Source of the DNA: Candidatus Heimdallarchaeota archaeon
GTDB taxonomy: Archaea > Asgardarchaeota > Heimdallarchaeia > Heimdallarchaeales > Heimdallarchaeaceae
DNA: 64,000 nt
Direction of reading: 5' to 3'
Assembly (NCBI GenBank): GCA_018238545.1
Contig: JABCTC010000010.1
Span: 1-64,000 of the forward strand
Both the position numbers and the translations under genes were made by a program. Below are positions 9,393 to 19,076 of this stretch, piece by piece. The notes beneath the pieces were generated by a model. That model was not told the origin of the DNA, made no database searches, and saw only the letters and a program-made list of their open reading frames with translations. The first letter of the stretch is position 1. The number at the start of each line of letters is the position of its first letter.

Positions 9393-11123
9393 ATGTCATA
9401 CCTATTCGATGAAATATACGGCAAAAATGAAGAAGCTCCTGCTATCGAAGATAAGATTCTACTTATGGGTCTCCAAGCTGCAGGGAAAACCGCAATAAAA
9501 GACGTGGTTTTCTTCAATAAATCTCCAGAAGATATGGAAGATTACATGGCTACAGTACACTATCAACGTCATTTTATTGACGAAGAAAAATCAAGTATGG
9601 TTATTGATTCAGGTGGCCAAGAAAGTTATTGGAACGAAGCTGTAACACATTTTCGACATCTTGTATTTTCAAATGTCAAGTTACTTATGTGGATTGTTGA
9701 TGTCACTCATCCCGAGATGTTTGAAGAATCAGAAAGAAGATTCAGTTTTACAATACGACAATATAAAAAAGAAAACCCCAATGGAAAAATAACTGTATTG
9801 TGTCACAAAGTAGATCTTGTACCACCAGAGAGAATGGTAGTTATTCATCAACACATACGAGAATCATTTGATGATCCCCGTTTTGAAATAGATTATGAGA
9901 ATACAAGTATCTATTACGGAGAAAGTCTAAAGGAATTAGTTTTTACAATTATGGCTGAAGCTGGTATCGATACTAAACGATTTGAGTTAATTTCCAACTT
10001 AGGTCAGAAAGTGGAGGAAAGTGATGAGTTCCAAAGCTATCTTATGGAACATAAAGAAGATCCAAGAATTGAACAGCTTTTAGATTTTCTCAAACCTGAA
10101 GCTGATATTACATTACCCACATTTGGTAATTTAGATCTACAATTTGACTTAACAGAATATGGCATTGTAGAAATTGTTCTTATTGATAGGGACACATTTT
10201 CTCCTATAGTAGGTGCATCCTCTAAAACCGATGTTTCAACACAAAATTCAATGGATTATCTAATCGCTCTTCATGATTTCAAACGTTATGTTAAGGAGAA
10301 GAGTCAAGAGATTGAGCCCACGGGAACTATAGTTACATCATCAAATGAAAAAGTTCATGGAATGATTTTCAATCTTGCTAGTAATTTCTTACTTGTAACT
10401 TCTTTCTCTGAAATTACAGAAGAGAAAAAGAAAATGTTTTTTGAGCTTATACTCAAGTTTGCAAAATCAACTGCAGATTCAACTCAAGAAACTAAACCTG
10501 AACCAGCTCCTGTTGTTGTTCCAGAATCTGCACCAGTAACAGTTCCTTCAGTTCCTATTACTGAAGAAACAGTAACTGTTGATACTGAACCAATAGTTAT
10601 TGAAAAGACAGTGGAGGTTCCTCACATGGAGATAATAGAAACAGAGTTGGTTGTAGAAGAAGCTAATACTGTTGAACCAGAAATCATGTTACCACCCTCT
10701 CCATCTCCTGTTAAACTTGTTTCAGAGGAAACAGAAGGAGAGAAAGAACAAGTTAAATCAGAACCAATTGAAATAGAGCATATTGAAGAACCTGCTGAGA
10801 CACCAAAAATTCCTGTAGAATCAGAACCCACTATTGTCGAAGAAACTCTAGAAATTTTAACTGAGCCAACAACTCCATCAGTTCTAGAGTCCAATACTGT
10901 ATCAGATATTCTAGATTCAACTGAACCTGTAGCTACACTAAGTGGTATCGGAGATTCAAGTGCAATCAGTTTTTCAGCAGATGATATAAAGGACTTTGCT
11001 AATTTCTTAGTTAACAAGAAAGAAACAGTACTAGAAGAAATATCATTAGATGAGGTTAAAGGTATGTCTGACTTTCTGACAAAAGGATTAGTAGCTGAAG
11101 AAGATGATACAATTGAAGAATAA
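9393..11123 (+). CDS. Rag/Gtr1-family GTPase with roadblock/longin-like domain and acidic disordered tail
   Basis: KILLMGLQAAGKT, ATV, DSGGQ, HKVD and TSIY are Rag signatures (RagA: KVLLMGKSGSGKT, ATI, DCGGQ, HKMD, TSIW). E/P/T/V-rich C-terminal third. Confidence 0.9.
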   Translation: MSYLFDEIYGKNEEAPAIEDKILLMGLQAAGKTAIKDVVFFNKSPEDMEDYMATVHYQRHFIDEEKSSMVIDSGGQESYWNEAVTHFRHLVFSNVKLLMWIVDVTHPEMFEESERRFSFTIRQYKKENPNGKITVLCHKVDLVPPERMVVIHQHIRESFDDPRFEIDYENTSIYYGESLKELVFTIMAEAGIDTKRFELISNLGQKVEESDEFQSYLMEHKEDPRIEQLLDFLKPEADITLPTFGNLDLQFDLTEYGIVEIVLIDRDTFSPIVGASSKTDVSTQNSMDYLIALHDFKRYVKEKSQEIEPTGTIVTSSNEKVHGMIFNLASNFLLVTSFSEITEEKKKMFFELILKFAKSTADSTQETKPEPAPVVVPESAPVTVPSVPITEETVTVDTEPIVIEKTVEVPHMEIIETELVVEEANTVEPEIMLPPSPSPVKLVSEETEGEKEQVKSEPIEIEHIEEPAETPKIPVESEPTIVEETLEILTEPTTPSVLESNTVSDILDSTEPVATLSGIGDSSAISFSADDIKDFANFLVNKKETVLEEISLDEVKGMSDFLTKGLVAEEDDTIEE

Positions 11124-11211
11124 GAAGAACAAACTGTAGAATAAATTACTTCTAATCCAGAATCTTTTATGATTGTCTTTTTGTACAACTTTTGGATTTT
11201 TCTGTATTACT

Positions 11212-12441
11212 TTATACTGGTCGACTGTCACCATATCTTCTATATTCTAGTTGTGCATCTAGGAAGATTGGTATCTCTCGCATCTCTGTAACACATTCAT
11301 GAATAGGATAAATCTCAATAGATGTTGAACCAAATCCTTTCTGAACCTTAATCCCTCTTTCAAGTTGTTCAGAGTTTTCAACTGCCACATCAAGCATTGA
11401 TTTCTGCAGGTTTCTTCCACAAACATCGCACCTAAAACTAATTTTCTTGTCAACTCTTATTTCAACAACCTCGTCTTTAGGAATACTATTTTTTGCTAAA
11501 TAATTGATGAGAGTGTCTTTCATCTTGAGTTTAGCTCTTCCAAGAAGTTCGTCAGGTTGGAATAGTTGTTGCATCTCAACTGCTAAGGTATCGAAATATT
11601 CCTTTTCATTTACTATATCAGTTGCTGGAGGAAAAACGGTTGTTAATACTAAATCTTCATTTATTTCTTTCATATAGACTCTGTTTTCTTCAAAAGAAAA
11701 TATAACATGATCTAAAACTAAAGTTGGTGAAAACATTTTTGCAAGATCATTTTTCAATTTAATGAAATTATATCCAGCATACCTTTCAGGTTGAGAATAT
11801 AACATTAAACCTTGTGCTGTTGATAGCGCAATAAACACTAAATCTTGCTGTTGGAACTTTTCTTTAATTTTACTGGATTTACTGTCATCTTTTGGGTAAA
11901 CATAAGCTAATACTTGTTGCATTGCATCCCATATTGTATCTTCAAAAATTGATGTTCCAATGATTTCTGCGTTTGGGAAATCCTCAATTTCGAAAATCTC
12001 TTTAATTGATTGTAAAACCGATTCTCGTTTATTAGGTGGGACTACATCCATCTTATGTGCAAATACGTATATTCGTGCTTCTCCACTTATCTCTTTTGTA
12101 GATTTAACAGTAAGATCAAAATAGTATTTTGAACGCATGATATTTGATGCATCAGAGATATCAACAACAAAAATCAAAGCTTTTGCATCACTGAATGTTC
12201 TTTCTTTGTATTGATCAAAAACTTCGTTCAAGTAATTGCTCTGCCCGCCGACATCAAAAAGATTAATCGCACTACCTGCAAGATTAAACAATTTCCGGTT
12301 TATACGGACTGTGGCTGGGTTCATTGATGTTGCTTCGGGAGCAAATCCTTCAAAAACAACTTGGCGAATGGAGGTTTTCCCTGATTGAGATAAACCTAAA
12401 ACGACTATCTTCGATTCTAATTCACTAGTACCGCCGTACAT
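11212..12441 (-). CDS. Rag/Gtr1-family GTPase with roadblock-like domain and C-terminal Zn-binding domain
   Basis: GLSQSGKTS, ATV, DVGGQ, HKMD, TSIF; C-terminal CDVCG...HEC. Start moved to the ATG at 12441 (MYGGTSELESK), which follows a GTGAGG RBS-like sequence; the track ORF begins at 12510. Confidence 0.9.
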   Translation of the reverse strand: MYGGTSELESKIVVLGLSQSGKTSIRQVVFEGFAPEATSMNPATVRINRKLFNLAGSAINLFDVGGQSNYLNEVFDQYKERTFSDAKALIFVVDISDASNIMRSKYYFDLTVKSTKEISGEARIYVFAHKMDVVPPNKRESVLQSIKEIFEIEDFPNAEIIGTSIFEDTIWDAMQQVLAYVYPKDDSKSSKIKEKFQQQDLVFIALSTAQGLMLYSQPERYAGYNFIKLKNDLAKMFSPTLVLDHVIFSFEENRVYMKEINEDLVLTTVFPPATDIVNEKEYFDTLAVEMQQLFQPDELLGRAKLKMKDTLINYLAKNSIPKDEVVEIRVDKKISFRCDVCGRNLQKSMLDVAVENSEQLERGIKVQKGFGSTSIEIYPIHECVTEMREIPIFLDAQLEYRRYGDSRPV

Positions 12442-12851
12442 TATCCTCACAACTACAACGTTTTTTTTCTTATAAAAAATTAATGTTACTCCAAATAGTA
12501 TGTATTGCACTTCTTTATATACAATTTTTTCTAGATTAGAAAAATCAAACTATTATTCGAAATAAGAATTCGTGTTTATGATTCTTTAATTCTCAATGCA
12601 ATCTCATCCATTTGCCTTGTACTGGCATCTAGAACATTATTTTGGAGTTTGTATTAAGGAGATCTTATTAGAAGATATCTCTTCTTTCCGATTTATTTCT
12701 TTATTTCCCTAAGGACCTTCTTGTATCGGGCACCTTTTTAGTAGGTAACTAGCGTTGCATCATAATGAAACAGCGTATTTCAGAATAATCTTATTATTTT
12801 TTCAAATAACTTTATATTTCCATTTTTGATTGTACAATTTGAGTAGATTAC

Positions 12852-13634
12852 ATGAAGGACATTTTTAGTATAATGCATAATAGAAGGTCTATAAGAAAAT
12901 TTACTGATAAAGAAATCACAAAAGAGGTATTAGAGCAAATCCTAACAGCTGGTTTCCGTGCTCCTTTTGCAGCTCAATTGTGTAGTATAGTATATACATC
13001 AGATAAAGAAAAAATGAAGAAATTCAAAAGGATAGGTGTATACCCAACAACTCAGATTTTGATGATATTTTTTATTGATTACGATAGAATGGAGAAAATC
13101 ATTAAAGCGCGAGGATACGAAAATATCTTTGACGATAGTATGAGTCTTTGGTTAGGAATCCAAGATGCTACCTTAGTAATTGAAAATATTATTCTTGCTG
13201 CTGAAGCTTTAGGTTTGGGTTCTGTACTTTTAGGTGCCGTTCCACAGAGAGCTGATACTGTATCTGAAGTATTCAAGGTTCCACAAAGAGTTTTTCCAGT
13301 AGTGGGCTTATGTTTAGGTTATCCTGATCCTTCTGTGGAAACAGAAATACGTCCAAGATATCCTTTAGAGTACAGTGCGTTTGAAGAAGAATACAAAGTA
13401 TTGGATGAAACAGAAATCAAGGAATGCATGAAATCAATGGATGAAGGTTATATCACTCAAGGGTATTATATTAAGAACAAGGCAAAAATACCATTACCAG
13501 AAGATAAAGAAGACACAATTGATTATGATAAATATTCTTGGTCAGAACATATCTCTAGAAAACACTTGAGAAAAGGATGGGGAGATAAAACATTGATTGA
13601 TATAATAAGAGAACATGGGTTTAAAATAAAATAA
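12852..13634 (+). CDS. Nitroreductase family (NfsA/Frp-like) flavoprotein
   Basis: RRSIRKF, AAEALGLGSV.LG, PVVGLCLGYP and RPR motifs. Confidence 0.9.
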   Translation: MKDIFSIMHNRRSIRKFTDKEITKEVLEQILTAGFRAPFAAQLCSIVYTSDKEKMKKFKRIGVYPTTQILMIFFIDYDRMEKIIKARGYENIFDDSMSLWLGIQDATLVIENIILAAEALGLGSVLLGAVPQRADTVSEVFKVPQRVFPVVGLCLGYPDPSVETEIRPRYPLEYSAFEEEYKVLDETEIKECMKSMDEGYITQGYYIKNKAKIPLPEDKEDTIDYDKYSWSEHISRKHLRKGWGDKTLIDIIREHGFKIK

Positions 13635-13659
13635 GAAAATTTTATTATTCTAAGATTCA

Positions 13660-14331
13660 TTAAGCCGTTGAAAATTCCTGTTGGAAACGTTTAACTAACT
13701 CTGTAAGATTCTCAGAGGGAAGTTCATATACTTCTCCCATCATGAAAGAATTAACATATATTTTAGCCATCTTTTCAACTAACTGTGCACCAAAAACACA
13801 GTGTTTAACACTTCTTCCCACAATAATTAACCCATGATTAGCTAAAATGACCGCATTTTGTTTTCCCATCGCTTTCAAAGCATTTTTCCCCAATTGTTCT
13901 GTTCCAGCTTGAGCATATTCAGAGCATGGAACCCCTCCTCCTAAAAATACACCCATTTCTTCGAAAATCATTGGAAGAGCTTTTCTTTGAACAGCTAGTA
14001 TACTTGCATAAGTTGAGTGAGTATGAATAACACAATTTACTTTGGGTCGTTGTTTGTAGAAATACTTGTGAAGGAAGAATTCTGATGATGGGTTTTTTAT
14101 TGGTGAGAGAACTTTCCCTTCAAAGGTTATATGTACCATGTCTTCAGGTAAAGGATTTAGATAATTGTTCATTGAAGGAGTTATTACCATCTCCTCTTGA
14201 TTTTTAACCCTTAGACTGATGTTTCCCTCTCCTATATTAACTAGACCACATTTATAGATTTCTTTGGAAGCCCAGCACATCTGATTTTTCGTCTCGGAGA
14301 TACTTAAATTCATACAAAATAAAAACCACAT
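13660..14331 (-). CDS. Class II aldolase/adducin family (L-fuculose-phosphate aldolase-like)
   Basis: GNIS, ITPS, PSSE..LH, HTHS and LANHG motifs. Start may be at 14313. Confidence 0.9.
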   Translation of the reverse strand: MWFLFCMNLSISETKNQMCWASKEIYKCGLVNIGEGNISLRVKNQEEMVITPSMNNYLNPLPEDMVHITFEGKVLSPIKNPSSEFFLHKYFYKQRPKVNCVIHTHSTYASILAVQRKALPMIFEEMGVFLGGGVPCSEYAQAGTEQLGKNALKAMGKQNAVILANHGLIIVGRSVKHCVFGAQLVEKMAKIYVNSFMMGEVYELPSENLTELVKRFQQEFSTA

Positions 14332-14614
14332 TAATCAATATAAGTTTCACTCAATCAATGTGTAAGGTAAAGGAACAGAATTTTCCGGATTACATGGCAT
14401 TCCCAAACTCCAAATACTTCTTAAAATCAAATAGCAAGTCTCTAGCAAAATACTTTTAATTTTCTAAAACATTTGAAATACATGAGAAATCTTTCCCCAA
14501 TTAATTTTGAAAAACATTGTTTAGGGTAGGTGGAATATGTATTCATGATAAAAGATAATTTTGAACTTCAAAACTTTCAACTCTTTTATATTTAAAAAAA
14601 GAAAAGAATGAAGT

Positions 14615-16291
14615 CTATTTTATCTTTATTTCTTCAGGTAAAATCATCCATACATTCGTATTCTTAAATGGTTTAAGCCACTCCTCTAAAGTTAGATCAA
14701 TTTTTCCATCTTTATACCAAATAGGTGCTTCATGATCAGATTTGTAAATATCTACTATTCTATATTTTTCTGGTTTTAGATGAGCTAGCTCTGCTGCTTT
14801 TTCTATTGCTTTAGTAATACTTCCTAGTTCATCTACTAACCCTAGGTCTTTGGCATCTTCTCCCGTCCAAACTCTTCCTCCACAATGTTGTTCAAAATCC
14901 TTTCTTACCATCTTTCTAAATTCAGCAACATGATCGAGAAACAAGTCATAGACGCTAGTAATTTGCCTAACAACAATTTTTTGTTCCTCTTTTGTAAAAG
15001 ATTTTTCAGAACTAAAAATTCCTGCTTTTTCTCCTTTTTTAAGAAAGACTCTGTTGATTCCCTGTTTTATTAATGCTTCTTGAGTTATCATTTTTCCTGC
15101 TAAAACTCCTATAGAACCTGTTAGGGTCATAGGTTGAGTAACAACCCAATTAGCTCCAGTTGCGATGTAATATCCCCCAGAACCTGCTACATCGCTGAAG
15201 TAAACAACTAAAGGTTTGTTTTTTGCTAGTTCAATTGAAGCAGAACGCATAGCTTCAGAGGAAGCAGCAGATCCTCCACCTGAATTAACATGTAAAACAA
15301 CAGCTTTGATTTTTTTATCTTTAGTAACTTTCCTCATGTGCTCGACAATAGTTTGATCTCCTGATTGAACATCACCAAAGATAGGAATAGGTAACTTTAC
15401 AGGTGGCTTCTTACTTTTGCCGTCAACTATTGTGCCTTCAACACTAATTATAGCTATTTTTTTTCGTGATGGGGGTGGACGAGGAATAGTAAGCATTTTA
15501 AGTGATTTTTTCCAAGTAACAAGTTTAAATTTGCGGTATTTTGAATACTTATTCGTGATTATATCAATCAATTTTTCTTCATTTGTCAATTCTTTTACAA
15601 GACCCTTTTCAATAGCTTCTTCAGCAGTATATGGGGCATTGTTAACAATGTTAATAATTTCTTCTTGAGATTTGTTAAGTGAAAGACTCATGTCAGAAAC
15701 TAATGATTCAAATGAAGAATCAATAATACGCTGATATTGTTCTCTATCTTCATCAGAAATATCAGTTCTAGTAAACATGTCTAAGGCAGATTTATAAGGC
15801 GAAATAGGGATAGCGTCAAAAGAAAAGCCATACTTCTTCAAGACATCTCTCATAAGTAGTCTGGACAATTGAAAACCAATAATTGAAATACTGCCACCGT
15901 ATTGTAGGAAAATTGTGTCTGCAGCTGTTGCTACATAATAACTTCGGGTATCGTAATTATTTGCATAAACAATTATTTTTTTCCCTTTTTCTCTAAATCT
16001 TAGAATAAGATCTCTAAGAGATTGTAATCTAGCATTTCCATCAGGAATTGTACGTAAATGAAGAACTACTCCTTCTAGAGTTCTGACTTTTATTAAGCGT
16101 TTAAAGTAATCATCAAGAAAAGCAAGGTTAAGTATCTTTGTAGGAAAAAATCTTCTAGTAATGAAGTTTTTAGGTGGTTCTGGGCGTTCATTAAGGGAAA
16201 TATCTAAATCTAGATATATCCAACGTAATTTATTGGATTTAATCTTTCTTCTAATATTTCGGCATCCTCTTATAAATATCTTGTAAACCAT
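14615..16291 (-). CDS. sppA: Signal peptide peptidase SppA, two-domain (67K type, S49)
   Basis: YKSA, VNSGGGS, AGSGGYY, TGSIGV and GRVWTG.DA...GLVD.LG motifs. Confidence 0.9.
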   Translation of the reverse strand: MVYKIFIRGCRNIRRKIKSNKLRWIYLDLDISLNERPEPPKNFITRRFFPTKILNLAFLDDYFKRLIKVRTLEGVVLHLRTIPDGNARLQSLRDLILRFREKGKKIIVYANNYDTRSYYVATAADTIFLQYGGSISIIGFQLSRLLMRDVLKKYGFSFDAIPISPYKSALDMFTRTDISDEDREQYQRIIDSSFESLVSDMSLSLNKSQEEIINIVNNAPYTAEEAIEKGLVKELTNEEKLIDIITNKYSKYRKFKLVTWKKSLKMLTIPRPPPSRKKIAIISVEGTIVDGKSKKPPVKLPIPIFGDVQSGDQTIVEHMRKVTKDKKIKAVVLHVNSGGGSAASSEAMRSASIELAKNKPLVVYFSDVAGSGGYYIATGANWVVTQPMTLTGSIGVLAGKMITQEALIKQGINRVFLKKGEKAGIFSSEKSFTKEEQKIVVRQITSVYDLFLDHVAEFRKMVRKDFEQHCGGRVWTGEDAKDLGLVDELGSITKAIEKAAELAHLKPEKYRIVDIYKSDHEAPIWYKDGKIDLTLEEWLKPFKNTNVWMILPEEIKIK

Positions 16292-16581
16292 AATAATCAG
16301 TATAACTAATAAATAAGATTATTTTAATATTTACTAAAAAATCCCATATTTAGGTTTAAAAAAGCATAAAATACGTTTAAATTGGAAACTCGTATTTTGT
16401 CTTTGCTATTTTCTTCTAAATAATTACAATCGTTAATAACTTGAATCTCAAACCCTAGTTTTTTTCCTACCTTTCTTTATATTTCAATTAAGCAACTATT
16501 TTAATGATTAGAAAGCCTGCAGAACGTTTTTATTAATTGAAGAGTAATTGTTTTAATTGAAAAGAAGAGTAGAAAGGAAAC

Positions 16582-18405
16582 ATGAGAAAGAGGAAGATAT
16601 TAGCAATATTGATTATTGTTTTTGTAAGTATTTCTCCAGCATTAGCAGGTGACGACGAAGGAGATGAAAATAGACTAGCCATGTTTTCTATTTCATTATT
16701 GTCTCCTAATACGTTGGAAGCTAGAAATCAGTGGGCAGTGTTAATGCAGAAACAATTGCCCAAAATTGGCATAGATGTTTATCTTCATGAATCAACTGGT
16801 TGGGGGAATATCGATCCTCGTACATGGAACTACCCACTAATTGATTTTGATTATATTCCTACCTATGCAGAGGGTGGTTATGATATTCTTTCTGTTGGTT
16901 GGAATTGGGAGATGGACTTTAACCCAACAGGACATTATGACACGGGATGTTGGATTAGTAGCGAAAATTATTACCAATATTCGAATCCATTTTACGACGG
17001 CAAACTGAATGATTATTTAACCTCTTATAACCCCGATGAAAGAGATCAATTTGCCTATGAACTTCAGGCAATTCTCTATGAAGATTTACCTGCAATAAGT
17101 ATTCTTTATGAGTCGTCTCTTTTCCTTATTGACAATGGCATTTCAGGGATAGTCCCTCTTCTGCATAAAGTGCGATGTGATCATTCAGAAAATTGGAATA
17201 ATTCACTAAGTACTGATTTGATTTATTGTAATAAAAATGAACTAAATTCTTACAATGCATTTCAACTTGAGAAAGAAAATTTTGCTATTTCAAATCAGAA
17301 CTTTGATCATCTTTGGGCTCAATGTGTTTATGGTTCACTCTACAAACGTAATCTTCTGGATTATAGATGGGAACCTTCTATTGCAAAGAACGCAACTATA
17401 ATCCCCCATTATTATGATAGTAAGTATATTCGTAATGTGAGTATTTTTGTTGATATCGATCCAGAAGCGAAGTTTAGCAATGGTGATCCAGTTCTTGCAG
17501 AAGATATAAAATACTCATATGATTTACATTTTTCAACTTCTGCTCACTCAACCTACGGTAACTTACTCACTAAATATTTCTCCTCTAATGATTCCATTGT
17601 AGTAATTGATTCAGATACTGTTCGATTTGATTTTCGGTATATGTATAATTTTCCTTTCAGTCTACTGTCCTATAGTTTAATAGATAAAAGTACGGTTGAA
17701 CCAATTGTCTCTATTTATGGTTATGAAGTCTTAAAGGAAGCTCCATTTTCTGTGAATGCTAGTGATTCTTTAGTAACCTCTTGTGGTCCTTTCAAACTTG
17801 ATTCTTATAATGTTACAGAAAATAAAATAGTACTAACTAAAAATGAATATTGGTTTGGTTCTGCTCAAAAACTAAACAATATTACTTTCCTTTCTGTTCC
17901 CAATAGGGATGAAGCATTTTCTATGCTTGTTGAAGGAGAAGTTGATATTTTAGATGTAACTTATGATTATCTCTATTCTGAGGTTGTTAATCCCCCTGAC
18001 TTTGAATTATCTTATAAGGTGATATTGTGCGATTCTTTGTCCCATCAAGAGATGGGAATCAATATGAGACATCCTATGATAGGAACTGGTGAACTTACAC
18101 CAGTCGGTACTGCTGACGCCGGAAAATATCTTAGAAAAGCGATAAGCCATATAATACCTAGACAAAAAATAATTGACGAGTGCCTAGAAGGACTGGGAAT
18201 CCCAGGAGTAACACCTATACCTCATGGATGTGTAGGTTTCGATGAATCGTTAGATCCTTATGCTTATGCTTTGGAATTAGCAATTGAATATACTGAAAAA
18301 GCAGGATTTATTCTTTGTCCACCTTTGAGTACTTCCACCATATTGTTATTACCATTTCTCGTTAGTTTAGTCTATATTTCTATCTTAAAATGGAAGAAAA
18401 GATGA
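16582..18405 (+). CDS. ABC transporter substrate-binding protein, family 5 (peptide/nickel), with C-terminal membrane anchor
   Basis: Signal peptide, KFSNGDPVLAEDIKYS, GPFKL, GEVD and LRKAISH motifs, and a C-terminal hydrophobic helix followed by KWKKR. Confidence 0.85.
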   Translation: MRKRKILAILIIVFVSISPALAGDDEGDENRLAMFSISLLSPNTLEARNQWAVLMQKQLPKIGIDVYLHESTGWGNIDPRTWNYPLIDFDYIPTYAEGGYDILSVGWNWEMDFNPTGHYDTGCWISSENYYQYSNPFYDGKLNDYLTSYNPDERDQFAYELQAILYEDLPAISILYESSLFLIDNGISGIVPLLHKVRCDHSENWNNSLSTDLIYCNKNELNSYNAFQLEKENFAISNQNFDHLWAQCVYGSLYKRNLLDYRWEPSIAKNATIIPHYYDSKYIRNVSIFVDIDPEAKFSNGDPVLAEDIKYSYDLHFSTSAHSTYGNLLTKYFSSNDSIVVIDSDTVRFDFRYMYNFPFSLLSYSLIDKSTVEPIVSIYGYEVLKEAPFSVNASDSLVTSCGPFKLDSYNVTENKIVLTKNEYWFGSAQKLNNITFLSVPNRDEAFSMLVEGEVDILDVTYDYLYSEVVNPPDFELSYKVILCDSLSHQEMGINMRHPMIGTGELTPVGTADAGKYLRKAISHIIPRQKIIDECLEGLGIPGVTPIPHGCVGFDESLDPYAYALELAIEYTEKAGFILCPPLSTSTILLLPFLVSLVYISILKWKKR

Positions 18406-18455
18406 TGTCCTAATAATAGAAGAAAGTTTCTATATGAAAAACTGTAAAATATCTT

Positions 18456-19076
18456 ATGGTAGAACTTGCTTTAGTAAGATATATTGTCTTGATTTCATAT
18501 CTTGCTTTTTACCTTCTGGTTCATATCCCCTTAGACCTCTATATGCTAATACACAAAGGAAAAGCAAGTTATCCTCGATCATCTTTCAACTCTCTTTATG
18601 AAGGTATTTTAGTTGTTATACCAACTTCGATATTTTGGATTTTTCTTCTAGTAGCTCCCATAGTCTACTTTGTATCAGATAGTCCAATACTAACATTAAC
18701 TTTCGTTAATGATACTATACAATTACCAATTTTCATAATAGGTTCCATTTTCATGTTTTTAGGATTGATTGTTGGGTGTTTAGGTAGGATAAGTAGGGGA
18801 GTTTATCTAAGTAATGATGAACCTGAATTAGCTACGAAATTTGGACACGCGATTGTTCGTCACCCTTCCTATTTTCTCTATATCACAGGTTTTATTGGTC
18901 TCCCACTGGTTGCTTTCTCTCCCTATCTGTTTATTCTATTATTTGGAATCCTTGGATATTTGACCACTATCAAATATGAAGAGGAAGGGTTATTGGAATT
19001 CTTTGATGAGAAATATATTGAATACTGTGAAAATGTTGGGAAGATTTTTCCCAAAATAAGGAAAAGAAAATCTTGA
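18456..19076 (+). CDS. Isoprenylcysteine carboxyl methyltransferase / PEMT family membrane protein
   Basis: Multiple TM segments, VRHPSY and EE..L...F...Y..YC..V motifs. Confidence 0.8.
   Translation: MVELALVRYIVLISYLAFYLLVHIPLDLYMLIHKGKASYPRSSFNSLYEGILVVIPTSIFWIFLLVAPIVYFVSDSPILTLTFVNDTIQLPIFIIGSIFMFLGLIVGCLGRISRGVYLSNDEPELATKFGHAIVRHPSYFLYITGFIGLPLVAFSPYLFILLFGILGYLTTIKYEEEGLLEFFDEKYIEYCENVGKIFPKIRKRKS

Noticed and set aside
10622-11188. 188-aa Ser-rich antisense ORF (similarly 34035-34472, 41209-41655, 32264-32722, 59803-60321)
   Set aside because: Shadows of low-complexity or hydrophobic sense-strand genes
12442-12510. N-terminal extension of the Rag ORF in the track
   Set aside because: It overlaps an AT-rich promoter-like sequence; the ATG at 12441 has a better RBS
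18456-19076. ICMT homologue as evidence of GTPase prenylation
   Set aside because: None of the six GTPases ends in CaaX/CC, and the family is widespread in prokaryotes
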